In this document: positions 37,162-51,100 of the stretch, piece after piece
Numbering within the stretch: the stretch's first letter is position 1
Layout of the letters: each line of letters opens with the position of its first letter
Assembly (NCBI RefSeq): GCF_964355755.1
Contig: NC_092677.1
Location: 5,602,101 to 5,666,100, forward strand
Length of the DNA stretch: 64,000 nt
Direction: 5' to 3'
Source: Antedon mediterranea
Taxonomy: Eukaryota; Animalia; Echinodermata
The notes under the pieces: generated by a model
The model's input: only the letters and a program-made list of their open reading frames with translations
The model's database searches: none
Told to the model about the DNA's origin: nothing
Translations under genes and position numbers: made by a program

Positions 37162-39290
37162 CTATTTAACCTTTTGACTACTACTATCATCAAGTAAAGC
37201 TATGCTCTCTGCATTACACATTTCTCTTTTTAGCTTAAATTCTTTCTTAGAAATCGGCTGCATTCCAATAGTATACTCCTTTGTTTCTGAACCATAACTG
37301 TAAACACACACTATTCCTTTTGCTTCTTCTTTCCCTTCTTTTATACTGTAGTAAGCTAGGTCAGATTCTTCTACATTCACTGCACCTAGTGTGTTAAACT
37401 GACACCAGGTTTTACAACCATCTTTATTCAAATAAAGTGTAAGCTCCTTATTTGTCTCATTTCCATGACTTGCCATTACTATTTGGTAGAACTCATCTGT
37501 TATTCTGTCTTTGTTGGTAAGCGTACAATACCACCCTTGATAATAATAAGAAAATATCATTATATAACTAGAATTGAGTTCGTCACTTTGACCAATTATA
37601 GATGATCATTTTATAATTTTACTTACATTAAGTTTAAAAAAACGATGCATGTACAGTACGTTAAAATACGACCACAAAATGTTGATGTATGCCATACTAT
37701 GAGATGACCTGATGCAAGTTTGTGTATAGTGAATTTAATTGATATTTGATGATGAATTATGGAGATATAATTGATAGTGTAATTTCACAAAATGGAGCAT
37801 AAATGACGTCATGGATGAGTGATCACGCTGAAAATACAGTATTTGAAAGATATTGTGAAATTTTGGTGATTATTGACATTTAAATCTTTGATTTAATTGT
37901 TACACAAAATACAGAGAAATAAAGAATAAAGATTTTATACATTAACAATAGGTGATCATTTTATTCTAACTGATCACCTAATAATTATGAAAATGCAAAA
38001 ACAAATCATTTCAAATGTCACAGGAAAGGAGTACCTGGCATTCTGGATTAGCTTCCAACATTGTTTTATTCCCAAAATCATGTATGAAATGCTTCATCAC
38101 TGTATACATGAAAACGTTGCTTAGAGTCCTCCAATGAACAGCTGATGTTAACTTTGTGCATACTCAACAGCCTGATAAAAAATCATATTATAGGCCAAAG
38201 TGGAATTTAAAGCTAACTAACATATGTGCTTACTGTGGGTTAAAAAAGTTGCTATATTAATACAAATCTAATCTTAAATAATCTATTATTTTCAAGATAG
38301 GCTTCTTAATCATACTTGTGTGTGTCCTCCTAAAGTATCATCAGGTGGTTGAACAGTGGTTACAATATTCCAGGTGTCATCATCATTAGTACTTGTTATC
38401 AGAAATACTTTTTCTGCGAAGCAATTTACATTAATTTATAATCATTTTAAATCAACTATTCATTAAACAGTATGTTGATTTATTGTTTGAAGGTTTGCAT
38501 GGCGAAATCAAATGTTGATATAAAGTTTGCGGTACACCACATGTATTAGTTCTGAAAAGAACTGTTGAGTTTCTCGACGTTTCGATCAATATACTTCGAT
38601 CGTCCTCGAGGAGGACGTGGTGAACCGCAAACTTTATATCAACAGTATGTTGATTATTTCTACTATTCAATGAATTATTAACCCAAACTTAGTATCTTAA
38701 TATTTTGATTATTCCAAAAAAACCAACAAAGAAAAACATTTTATGAATGTTTATGAAATAACTTACTTTCTATACTCTCAACATTTGTCCAACTCCAAAC
38801 TCCTGCAACAATCAAAAGCCTTGAATTTAAGCATGTACCATCACCAAGATCTAAAATAACATTTGATTGTTAGTATTGATTACCCTTTACAATAAATGTT
38901 TCATTATAAGAAAACGGAAATACTTAAATAAGAAGAAGACATATTTAAAAATTATTTTAAAGCAATTTAAATAAAAGACAAAAAATGTGTTATATTTAAT
39001 TAAATTACATTGTAAAAAAGTAATAACATAGACTTACTCCGACTAACTCCTGGAAAGCCTTTCAAATCAAATTGTACATCTTCTGGTTCTGTCCAGTTGG
39101 CACCATTATCACAGGTTTTCATCATTATTATATTCCTCTCTTTTGTGATATTATTTTGTGTAAAACACATTCAAATCAATTTTCCCTTTTTCTAATTTGT
39201 CATAACTGTTTTTAGAACATTATTCTTTTTTGTTAATATGTCACTTTTTGAAAAGATACATTGTATATTAAAAAAATACCAAGAAAATCT
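37162..39290 (-). pseudogene. Pseudogenised partial duplicate of the last five sialidase-like exons of receptor B
   Basis: Exon and intron similarity to 39920-41704. In-frame TAG and TGA plus a deleted acceptor region in the first duplicated exon (about 39038-39210), a frameshift in the exon at about 38035-38171, and a frameshift after GGIVRLPTK in the last exon. The FRRP-motif exons are not included. Confidence 0.85.
38481..38640 (-). mobile_element. Short Penelope-like insertion with a degenerate hammerhead motif
   Basis: Absent from the paralogous intron (about 41035). 15-bp direct repeat aacagtatgttgatt (38466-38480, 38641-38655); 28-bp inverted repeat (38513-38540 / 38617-38644); minus strand reads ctcgagga-c-gatc...gatc-gaaacgtc-gag. 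Confidence 0.65.
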
Positions 39291-39419
39291 AACTAAAAAA
39301 ATATCATAGAATATATTTCCTAAATACTGCTAATATCTAATATAGCTAAGCATTATTTATACTATTTATAATTTGTACATTCTATGCAACACATTCTATT
39401 ACAACGTATATCCAATATT

Positions 39420-39578
39420 TTTATATATATCCAAAGGAAAATTACTGAAAAAAAATCAGTGGCTGGATCTCAATGGAGATATAAAAAAAATCGACAAGCT
39501 AAATCAAAACGACAAAATTAAATAGCCAACAAACCTAGCAGTGCTTTTGGGCAACACTAGCCCTTCATCAGTGCAAGT
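39420..39578 (-). mobile_element. Penelope-like pseudo-LTR fragment with a mutated hammerhead
   Basis: Reverse-complement match to 44419-44590; minus strand reads gcactgatgaagggctagtgttgcccaaaagcactgc (GAAA changed to AAAA). Confidence 0.7.
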
Positions 39579-39919
39579 ATATTTTTATACATGTACGCCT
39601 AATCGTAACATTATTATTATTAGTCTCTATTTTAGCATACGCTATCCTGTAAAAATAAACTTGTAGAAATTATTAATAATGATCGTAAGTTAAAATTTAG
39701 TTAATATCGTTTTAGTTTTATGCATATGGTGTTCTAATCTAATTAGAAATTTACATAAATCCTAATTGCATAATATCTCTATTGGAATTGAACGGTGTAG
39801 TTTTCATTCAATTCTGCCATTTGTACACAAGACATTCAATCAGTAAAAACATGTCTTTAAATGTGTGTAACACCACACATACTTTCCAGGGAACAAATTA
39901 TTAAACACTTTGGCTACAG

Positions 39920-42195
39920 TTACTTTAAATAATCATCAAATGAAGCCATGCTCTCTGCTTGAACAATTTCTCTCTTTTTTATTATAATTTCTTGTTTGGA
40001 AATTAACTGCATTCCAATATTATACCCCTTTGTTTCTGAACCATAACTGTAAACACACACTATTCCTTCTGCTTCTTTTTTCCCTTCTTTTACACTGTAG
40101 TAAGCTAGGTCAGATTCTTCTGCATTCACTGCACCTAGTGTATTAAACTGAGACCAGGTTTTACAACCATCTTTACTTAGGTGAAGTGTAAGATCATTTG
40201 TTTTATTTCCATGACTTGCTATTGCTATTTGGTAGAAATCATCTGTTTTTGTTGGTAAACGTACGATACCACCCTTGATAATAAAATAATTTAAATGCAA
40301 TAAAATAATCGGTCATCAAATTACTGTACTGTAATATTAAAAGGCAAATATAGTTTAACCAACTCAATGAGGCAGAACATGTACATGTGTTGCAGCATTT
40401 AAAGATTATATAATTTACAAACGGTTAATATTTAAGAGTGTTATGGTATATTTCCATAATTACTGTATTGTACAAATCAATCAAAACCATTTGTTTTATA
40501 CAACATTTAAGTAGATATTGAAAAGAGTACTGTATTCACATTGTATTAATGACAGGTAGACGTGCTATAATATAGATGAAACTAAAGAAACTGACAGTAC
40601 CAACCTGGCATTCTGGATTTAGCTTTAACATGGCATCCTCATCCCTGACATCAAATGATTTAAATCCTTTATCACTGTATACATGGAAACGCTGCTTAGA
40701 ATTCTCTAATGAACAGCTGATGTAAACTCTGTTATCTGCATATTCAACAACCTATAAACAAATCACATTATGACAAATAGCCATTTAGAGGTAACTAATA
40801 ATAACAAATGCTGCTATGTTACTAATCTAATCTGAAATAAAATCCACAATTTTCAAGTTAGGCTACTTAATCATACTTGTGTGTGTTCTCCTAAAGTAGC
40901 TGCTGGTGGTTTAACATCAGTTACAATATCCCAGGTGTCACCATTATTAGTACTTGTTATCACAACTAGGCTTTCTGCAAAGCAATTTAAATTTACATTC
41001 ATTTATAATCATTTTAAATCAACTGTTCATTAAACAGTATGTTGGATATTTCTACTATTCAATGAATCATTAACCCAAACTTAGTACTGTATATTAATAT
41101 TTTGATTATTCCAAAACAAAAAAAAACAACAAAGAAACAACATTTATGAATGTTTATGAAATAATTTACTTTCTATACGCTCAACATTTGTCCAACTCCA
41201 AACTCCTGCAACAATTAAAAGCCCTAAATTTAAGCATGCACCATCACCAAGACCTAAAAAATATACAATATTGATTACGTTTTATAATAAATGTTTCATT
41301 ATAAGAAAACGGAAATAAGTAAAGAAAACATATACAGTATTTAAAAATTATTTTAAAACAATTTAAATAAAAGACAAAAAATGTGTTATTTTTACTGAAA
41401 TTACATTGTAAAAAGTAATAACATAGACTTACTCAGACTAACTCCTGGAAAGCCTTTCAAATCAAGTTGTACATCTTCTGGTCCTGTCCAGTTGGCACCA
41501 TTATCATCAGATTTCATCCTTATTATCTTCCTCTCTTTTGTGTTGTTATCTTGTCTAACACACATTAGAATCAATTTTCCCATTTTTTCATTTGTCATAA
41601 GTGGTACTAGATTCTGAAAACTGTGTTTAGAACATTATTCTTTTTGGCTAATATGTCACTTTTTAAAAGATACTTTGTATGGTAATAAAATACCAAGAAA
41701 ATCTCAAACAAAACTTAAAAAATAAATAAATGAAAAAAACATAAATTATTTCAGTTCTTGTTCTATGGTCATATCTCAATTTAATACCTTGTATCATTTT
41801 CATATAAAATCAATTTTGTTTTTTCTTCCCATTCAATCAAACTCTTTCCATTCACTCTTCCTCTTCTCATTATTACATCTGAGTTATTTTGCTCAACAAA
41901 GACAAGAACATGAGAATTTATAATGACTACTGCAGGACGTCTATAAAATAAGAGAAAAACAAATACTGTACATCTAAATGCTATAGATAAAAAGATAAAA
42001 AGAAGAATTTGTATAGTTTCCAAATCAAATAGACAAACCTATAGGCCTACTGTATTTGAAAGGCTCTAACTCTAACCCATTTTAATACTTTGTACAGTTT
42101 CAAAGGATGTACAAGCTATTAAATATCATATATTACAGACAATATTTACCTGAAATTGCTACAGGGTTCACTATCAAATGCTGCAGTTAAATAAC
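39920..42195 (-). CDS. GH33 sialidase-like beta-propeller domain (NEU2/3/4-like), predicted inactive; C-terminus of receptor B
   Basis: FRRPAV (FRIP-like), VLVFVEQ, DVIMRRG, FQNLVPL...GKLILM, Asp boxes SDDNGANW, STNNGDTW and SKDGCKTW, LGDGACLNLGLLIV, CQGGIV, ESDL, IVCVY, all in the order seen in metazoan sialidases. Confidence 0.85.
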
Positions 42196-45100
42196 CTATA
42201 AAAATATATATACAGATATGAATGTATAGGCTACACGACAACTACTGCAACTTCGCAAAAGAAACAACACCTACAGCAAGAGCAGCAACAAACCCAATAA
42301 TAATAATAATTAATTTAGAAAAAAGTAAGATATTTGTAAGATTATTTTCGGAAAAGTATTATTTATCATACTGCCATAGTTATCGTATAATATATTTGAT
42401 AAACTAGCCATGTAGGTGGAAAGATATGATATATTTTTTTAAATAATAATATTCTATTAAACTACTTACATTGTACATGCAAGTGTGCTGATTTTTTTAT
42501 TCCTTTTAATTTTCTTGTGATTTTATCTTTTCTTGTCTTAAGTCCACACATGTACTCTCCAGCATCAGTCAATGACACTTTCTCAAACTTTAAGCTTGTT
42601 TCATTATACTTATAAATTACTTTACATCTTTCAGGTACTTTTTCTTGTTCTACCTTCTTCTGTTGAGATGTATCAGAAGTAAATATCACTTTCATCCCAT
42701 CAGCAGTCTTCTTATACCAATTGACAGCTTTCACTCCTTCTTTAATTGCATACTTGCAAGTTAAAACTGCTTTATCTCCTTGTGTCACAAGACAATCATT
42801 CATTACCATGGCTAAAATATAAATATATTTTAGATGAAATTTAGTTCACAATAAATATACAAACATGGATAAATACTATAGTTAGTTTTTTATCAACACC
42901 GAAACCAGTATTAGAAATACTGTGCAAATAATTTCAATGTAAATGTTTTTTATATATTTACAAATAACAATAAATTTACTTACAGTATAGCCAAAATTTG
43001 GGAGTTTTTTTTTCTTAATTATAATTTTAACATCCAAATATTTTGAATCTGACAAGTTTTATTTTAGCTTTCATAGCTAAAATAAACATAAAGATATTTT
43101 TTTTTAGTGAAAAGAACAATGGTAATAAATATCCTTGTTATACTTACAGCCTTCAATAACTTCCAACCTGCTTGTTGATGAATAAGTTACACTATCTTTT
43201 TCTTCTTTCACAAATCCGCAACGGTAGTCACCAGTATCAGAAATGTCAACGTTTGAAATTGTAAGAAAATATGTCTGATTTTTCTTACTATATTCAAACT
43301 TAAATCTGTTGGTGTCAGCAATTTTCTTCCAATCGTCAGATTCAAATTTATATAAGCTAAATTCCTCAATTTGTTTTGAAATACAAAAATTAATCCTAGC
43401 AGTGCTTCCTGCAACAGAGTATACAGTATTTGAAACTGGATCTGAAATTTAAAAAAAAAGATTGATAATTAATATAGTAAAAATATAACCCATTAAGTCA
43501 ACAATTAAAAACATTTCTAATGGGGTCCAAAAAGATTAAAAGGATTAATAATTCAGCTAGACTCTATCTTTTTAAATCAGTAGTTGGAAATGAACTGATC
43601 AATAAAAACATATTGTGTATGGAACACATATGCGAAGGTGAAATAAAAAATTATACAATATAGTTAAATGTTGTACACTTTATAAATGCTTATAATTGTT
43701 GCGCAACATTTTCAAAACGGGTATAAAACAAGTAACACAGCAAAATCACAATAGGTGTACCAAATAAGCAATTAACAAGAATAAATAGATTGAAAAAAAC
43801 AATAAGATGAGATAGAAGAAGGATGTTTAGAGTGTTTCAAATCAAAAGCATGCAACATAGAACATTTGTTGCAAAACGTGACTTTTTAAAGAAAGTAATT
43901 TCAGGTGCAAAACTCAACTTTTTTAAGAAAGTGTTTCAATCACAGCACAGTTTTAACTATGAATACTACACTTACTTTACAATCAATCCATGATGACTAT
44001 TTTAGTCTTTAGAAAAAAAAACAATAGTTATTCAAAGAAACTCAAGGGTGATTAGGAAAAAAACCCAAAAATTCAAAATTCCAGAATCTGCTTAGAATAG
44101 ACTAAACAGGCTGAGTTTGGTGGTTCATGGCTAATACATGGTAGCCATTGAAGTATATAATTACTTGACTCAACAATTCAGCCCTCAACATATTTCTGGA
44201 AAAATATACTTTGTATTTAATCTAGGTGAGGTGTATTAAAAATCATGCAATTTACAGTATAACAAATATAATATATATATATATAAATATAATACTCTTA
44301 TTCAGATAATACTCTTATTCAGACTCCACCCTGGCTCCCTTTGTTATATTTCTTTTATTCCTGTCCACCCAGGCAGCACTTGCCAGCTTTATACTATGAC
44401 GTTATCCAAATTCCTTCACTTGCACTGATGAAGGGCTAGTGTTGCCCGAAAGCTCTGCTAACTTTTCTGGCTGTTTACTTTATCGTTTTGATTTAGCTTT
44501 TCGCTTTTTATTTTTGTATCTCCATTGAGATCCAGCCACTGATACCCACAGCATTGTCATTTTTTTCAGTAATTTGCCTTTGGATTTATAATATATATAT
44601 ATATATACATACAGGATAACAAATATAATATATATATATATAAATATGTAATATCAAGAGTAGTGGTGATTATATAATCTAGAATTAATATAGTAATTTC
44701 AGAAGATGCAACCATGTGTAACATATTCACAAACTAAAACATTTTCTGGTTAAAGCATTGCATAGTTAAAGCATTGCATGCTTAAAGAAAGGCAACATAT
44801 GGAAATTCCCAACAAAAAGAAAAACATTTTAGCACTTTATTCTAAATTCCAAAAAAAAAAGAGCAAAAAAAAGAAATTAAAATTGTACATTCTCATCTTT
44901 AAAAAAATGCAAGCACTACAGCAGTTTTATGACAAAAATTAGGAAAATTATATGTTCTTGGCATTGATAATAAAAACATAGCATTTTTTACTGTCCTAAC
45001 GATTATGTAAATGCAGCCTTCATCATACATTGTTACTACCTGTCTTCATCTTGAGCTGGTAAATACAACAGTAATAGCAGAAGTGGAGAAAGGCAGGAAA

Positions 45101-48100
45101 CGTTCACGATCTATTTGCTCATAAAACACACTCAGCATTTGAATAACCTTTTTTATGTTGCTCTTTCAACAGAATTTATCATAATTTCCCATCACTTGGA
45201 ACACTAATAACAGTATAATTAGCTTGATGTGGCAGAATTATATTAAACCAATGACATCCTCTGGTTGGCAGAAACTGTAATATATGTGACAAATTGGTTG
45301 ACAATCTTTAGTGAAAAAACGTTTCCTTCCGCAGTTTTTGGGACCTCTTAAATGGGAATTGGTTACTGTCTCCCTTTGGAATTGTTTTCCTACAGTATCT
45401 TTATCCGTCTGGCAACTTTGATTGCTAAAACTAATTTTCTTAATCTTCTGGTATTTATTTGTTATTAAGTACTTTGAGGCTTTTAACATTATGCGCTACA
45501 TAATCTAGAATTATTATTTTTTTTGTTGGGAACCAATAATTACTACTTTACAATAAACAAAATTACTATCCTTATAAAGAGCAATTGAAAAAAACATATT
45601 TTTATTCGAAATTTGAACTTTAATTCATACAATTTACATAACATGCAAAATACAACACTAAATTAAAACAAGACAAATTTATAATCACTCAAATATCTAG
45701 TAGGTTAATGAGACGTAATCTCTTAAATACATGATGAGCATCTAATTTATGGATCCACAGTAACAATGAGACTAAAATCAAAAAAGACCCTGTGCATACA
45801 AACTGTAATGATCATCTGGCATTTGTATATAAATTTCAACTAATAACATTCCACAACAACTGTATATTTTCTGTCTTCCTTCAACTTCTACTTCACATAT
45901 GTATATTCCTTCATCTTCAGATTTAATGTTTCTGATTTCAAGACACACCTTATTCTTATTAATATATGCACATTGACAGGGTAATCCTAAATTGGTTTTT
46001 AAATTTTCAGGTGAGTTTATTGATGTCAGGAAGGTCTTTGCTTCTCCTCCAGCATGCTTATACCACTTGATATCGGATATTACAGCTGAATCATCAAAGT
46101 ATGTTATATTTAAAAACAATTCAACATATTTTCATCCCTCATTAGTAGTAACATCAGGAATCTCCATTTTGAGAGCAGCTATAAAAACAAGACCAGGAGA
46201 CAATAATTCTTTAAAACTGAATTTTATTACTGGACTTGATTTGCAGTATTTAGCTTAAAAAATGCTTTACCTACTTTATTTAAGAAATTGCATTTGACTA
46301 TTTTAAAATCATTCATATAATTATTAATTGTATAGCATTTTATTTTATCTTTATCTGTATTCTGTTGAGTTTTATGTTGTCAGATGAATTTGAGATCTAG
46401 AAATTAAATTTCTAATATAGTTGTCAACTCATAATGATTAATGGAAGATACACACTTGGAGAAAAATAAAATGCATTACCTTATACACAGAAAAATAGAA
46501 TAGTAGTACTTTAGGGTTAAGTGTCTTTAGTTTTGGGGTTTTTCAATGCCTTGGGTATTTAATAGAGGTAACTAATACAGTATTCATGAGTGTTTTAAGC
46601 ACTGATTTGCCACCACCACACAATGTGAGAAGAGCTGCTTTAGATCTAGGTGATCAAGATAGTAATAAGTTTTGGATTATTTAAAAAACCTAAAAAAAAA
46701 AGTTTTCCTTGGTATGTACAACCATAATGACTAAATATTTTACTTTAACAATACAAATTTAAGGTCTTACTTTCCTAGATAGAAATTGTACTGATATCCT
46801 AATATTTAGAACTGTCAATTCAATCTTGTCTTTTGTCCGTAACGTACATATTTTCGCAGTTCTATTTTTAGCAACAGGATTCTTTCACATTAACTTTTTT
46901 TTGGAAAGGGGGTATGTGGTATATTTAATATATAGAATTTAAACCAATTACCAGAACATTTTTATCAATTGATTTTCGACTTAGACTCCATGATTTAGAA
47001 AAACCAAAATAATAATAGTAGTAGCTTTTACTTTTGTAAAATATAAGGGCCTGAGGCCTATTTCATGTTCGAATAAAATCTTGAATTGAATTGATAATAT
47101 TTTGTTTGTCCGTCCTTTTCGTTGAATAACACTCTTTTACATCAAGCACAATACAATTTTCATCTTTGATAATTATTATGATGATTTCTGAAGTCACATT
47201 TTGCAGAGGAACTGTAAATAAAGTAACACATTACCTTCCTTAACTGTCAGCTGTGTAGAATCTTCCAGCTTCTTTTCTCCATCAACTGGCTTCACTTCAC
47301 ATTGATACTTCCCAGCATTACCAAGTATAAAATTCTTTATCTTCAAAGACAGAATGCTATTTTGGTAACTTGTTACTTCAAATCTGCCATCTTTAGAACC
47401 ATCCTTAATCTCTGTTGTGCCATCTTCCTTAATCTTCTTCCACTTGTAACCTGTTAATGGCATATCTGCTGGTCCATATCTGCACTTCATTTCAAAATTA
47501 CTGACACCACGTTCTGTTGAGTAGTTTGGATTTACCATTTCAATCCCTTCAAAAAATGTGAACATTTTAGATAACAATTTTGTGCAGTTTGATTTCCATT
47601 TTCAAATAGATTAAGAACATACACATAGTAGTATTTTGTCAAAAAAGAATGAAGCTGACTTCATTTTAATAACCTTTTATAGGATATTTTAAATATTCTT
47701 TTCTGTATTCCAATAAAAATAAATGATACTGTTTTTTTCAAATATTATGTGCATATATTGTATATTTAACTTATGTCATCAACACTTTCTATAGAGTATC
47801 TTATAGGGATATTAAAGAAACAAATTATAAAAACTCACAATAAACAGATAAATTGTTGACACCTCGATACTGCTGTCTACTGCCATCTATGCTGCAGTGG
47901 TACTCTCCTGAATGAGATCTCACAGGATTTGGAATTGTTAGGTTGATGCCTCCTCTACCATTTGTAGACACTGAAAAAACATAAATTAAATACACAATTG
48001 TTTTCCCATAAATTGAGCTTTCAGTTTGAAATAAAATATTTTCTTTTTTTTGTTATTCATCTAAACTGAGACATTTGAATTATATTCTGAACTATGTTAT

Positions 48101-51100
48101 GTTTTACAAGGGAAGAGTGAAATTAAGTTTCACCAATCCACTATAAAATAAATGCAACCTTTTTAAACTAGCTTATAGGAATATGCAGTCGTTCCTGTAG
48201 TATAAATTAAAAGAAAATAGATGTGTTGTTACTTACTTGTATATGAACTTGATCTAAAAAAAAGAAGCAATATGAAAATAAATAAAATCAAGTAATTGCT
48301 TAACCAGAGTTGAAAGATAATCTATATTAGGCATAATAATTGAGTATTCATTAATTTCTGTTCCATTAAAATAGCGGTCATAAAATAAATAATTTTTATT
48401 CTGTTCACTATTATATACTAGAAAAAGATCTTTAAATATCAAATAAAATCAACTTATTCTTTCAAATCAAAATAAGGTAAACACATAACTTCTTAATTCC
48501 TTTTTTTTTGTAAAATGAAAACAGAATAAAAATAATAAAGCTCATTAAAAGGCTTTTTTTTTTTTTTTTGAAATATATATTTAAAAATAATTTGTTGTTG
48601 AAAAAGCCATGTTAAGGTCACATACAGGTTATTTATATTTATATTTCCTTGATAAACCGTAATTTAAAGAAAAGCAAATAGGCAACCAGAAGCCCATTTA
48701 TTTTAAATAAGCAAATTAATTTGACTTTTTTAAAATCAGCAAATTAATTTAAAAAAATTAAAACTGGAATATCTAAATTGGTGTGATTTAATTCATCGTT
48801 ATTGGTTATATTTTGTGGGACAATACATTTTTAAATATAAATAGTAGAGATTATGAATACAATACCAACAAATTGACACAGAAATATTATATCAATTTAT
48901 TATATTATATAAACATTGCAGCAAGCATCAATATTGATGCATGTTGCTCTAACCATTATTTGTGTAATTTGTTTGTAGACAGAACTAAATGTAAGCAAGC
49001 AATGAATGAAGGAAAACATTACAGTAGTACATGATGATATAAACAGCAACAAGAGTAAGCAGGAGAATATCTTAGAATCCAATGGTACATGATAAAAATA
49101 AATGCTAATAATAATATATGTATATAACAATAAATGCTAATGTAAATGCTATTTTACAAGCAACAGTAGATGATGAAAAGAAAAAAGGTATTGTAGGAGG
49201 CACAGTAGCAAGCAAATTAAACAGGCAACCCATAAGCCAAAGTTAAAGATAAATTATTCAAAATATGTTTTAGATTTAAAGTGCATCAAACCTGTGAATT
49301 AAAATACAATTGTAGCTTAATTCCGATTTGAATAATTTGTTTGTAAGAAGATATTGAACACTGATAAAAATTGGAAATCATTATTTATCTCCATTTTATG
49401 TTTTCGCACCAATTAATAATTGATTAATAGGCACACTTTTTAAAATCACATTCATTTTCATGCCGTGATTGAGAATTACACTATGCCATACAGTGCTCAC
49501 AGAATTTGAAGAAGGTTGCCTTCCAAATTCTTTGATGTCCTTTAGCGATAGCCAAATGAAAAAGAAATAACAAACTTGTAGACGAATATAATTTTGCAAT
49601 AAAATATATTACCACACATTCCACAAACCATTACCTTTTAGGTGAGTCATTTGCTAGGACAATAAAAAAATAAACAAAGAATACATTCAGTAAAGTTTTA
49701 AAAGTGACCAAGGTGTTTTGCAAAAGGTAATGACAAACTTATTTATTTCAGTTTCATCTTTTTTGCCTTAACACCAAAGCTACAGTATAATATAGAGTAA
49801 AGAAACGGTCTGCTTTAAGAAATAGAAATTCACAATTATTAATTAATATTAATTAAAACAATAAAAATACAATGAAAGATATGCAACAATATAATTATGA
49901 TTATTATGTATAAATATGCTTTACTCTGTAATAAGGACAAATACTTTCCTCAATTTGTAATTTGTTTTGTTGTATAATAAATTAGATTGTATTGTATCTT
50001 TAAAATGCATGTTTTTACTTCTTTCTTTTACTTTTTTACTATGTCAACATCATTATAGTTTACATAATGCAATGTAAAGCAATACAAAGAGTTAGACCTT
50101 TATTTTGTTTAAATTGTCACATTCTTTGAAATACCAAGTATCTGACAACATTTAGACTGGAACTCAAGTTCAAGTCTTTTAGCAAAAATGGCAACTGTAA
50201 CCTTTAACATTCAAAAGTCTACAAATAAATGGTTTTTAACAAAAAAATATGCAAAGAACAGAATATTTTTTCTTTTTATCTAGCTTTTAGTGTATAAGTT
50301 TTGCTTGAAGTTCCATGAACATACAAATCCAAGCTAAATACAGATACCACAACTGACCTAGTCATACCTACTGTACTTACGAATCTCAGCTCACAAGTCA
50401 CATATGTCTTAATGATTCAAATAAGACTGAAGATTTTAATATTTTTAATATTTTTATTTTTTTGGTTTAAAAAGATATATTGCCCACCTAAACAATTTTT
50501 ATTTTTTTATATTTTGTTGTTGAATGTATGCCATTTTAATTTCACATAGTTATTCACTTTGACTAAAAATTGGATCACCAAAAAATGATTTACCTTTAAA
50601 AAACTGTAATTTAAATTTAATTGTTTATTTATTTTTTTTTTTACAAGTGAAATCAGTATGTTTGTTGTTTTTTTTCCTATGGAAGTGAACAACATTAAAA
50701 CTGCAAAATCTGGTTTATTAATCTTTATTTTTCATTATTTGGGTGACAATACATCTTTAAAAAAAAGCAGAAAAAAGATGCTGAAAAAAATGTCTAAAAC
50801 CCATGTGTGTAGATGTAAGACTAGATCAAGAATAACGACTTTACTGTCATACGTGCCCATGCATTTTTTCAAAATTATACTTATATTTAGAATTTATTAT
50901 CAACAAACATTATGCTTGACCAATTTTTAAGAGCTGAAGAATGGGTTAGCTTGAACTAATAACTACTGAAGGTACAATTATGATGACTTCATTTGCAATA
51001 CCTAGGTTTGTCATATACTGCACAGCAAACTTCCTATGTACACAAACCCAGCACAAGTGCTTACAAGAATATTTCCAAACTCAACAACCAGTTATTGGTA

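Noticed and set aside
45040-45489. Coding-looking minus-strand stretch with GPKNCGRK (loosely P-loop-like)
   Set aside because: Not a true Walker A, stops in all frames nearby, and no phase-compatible splice sites; at most a decayed remnant.
46771-46881. Possible extra exon with a GTAAGA donor
   Set aside because: Weak acceptor and an early stop in the required phase.
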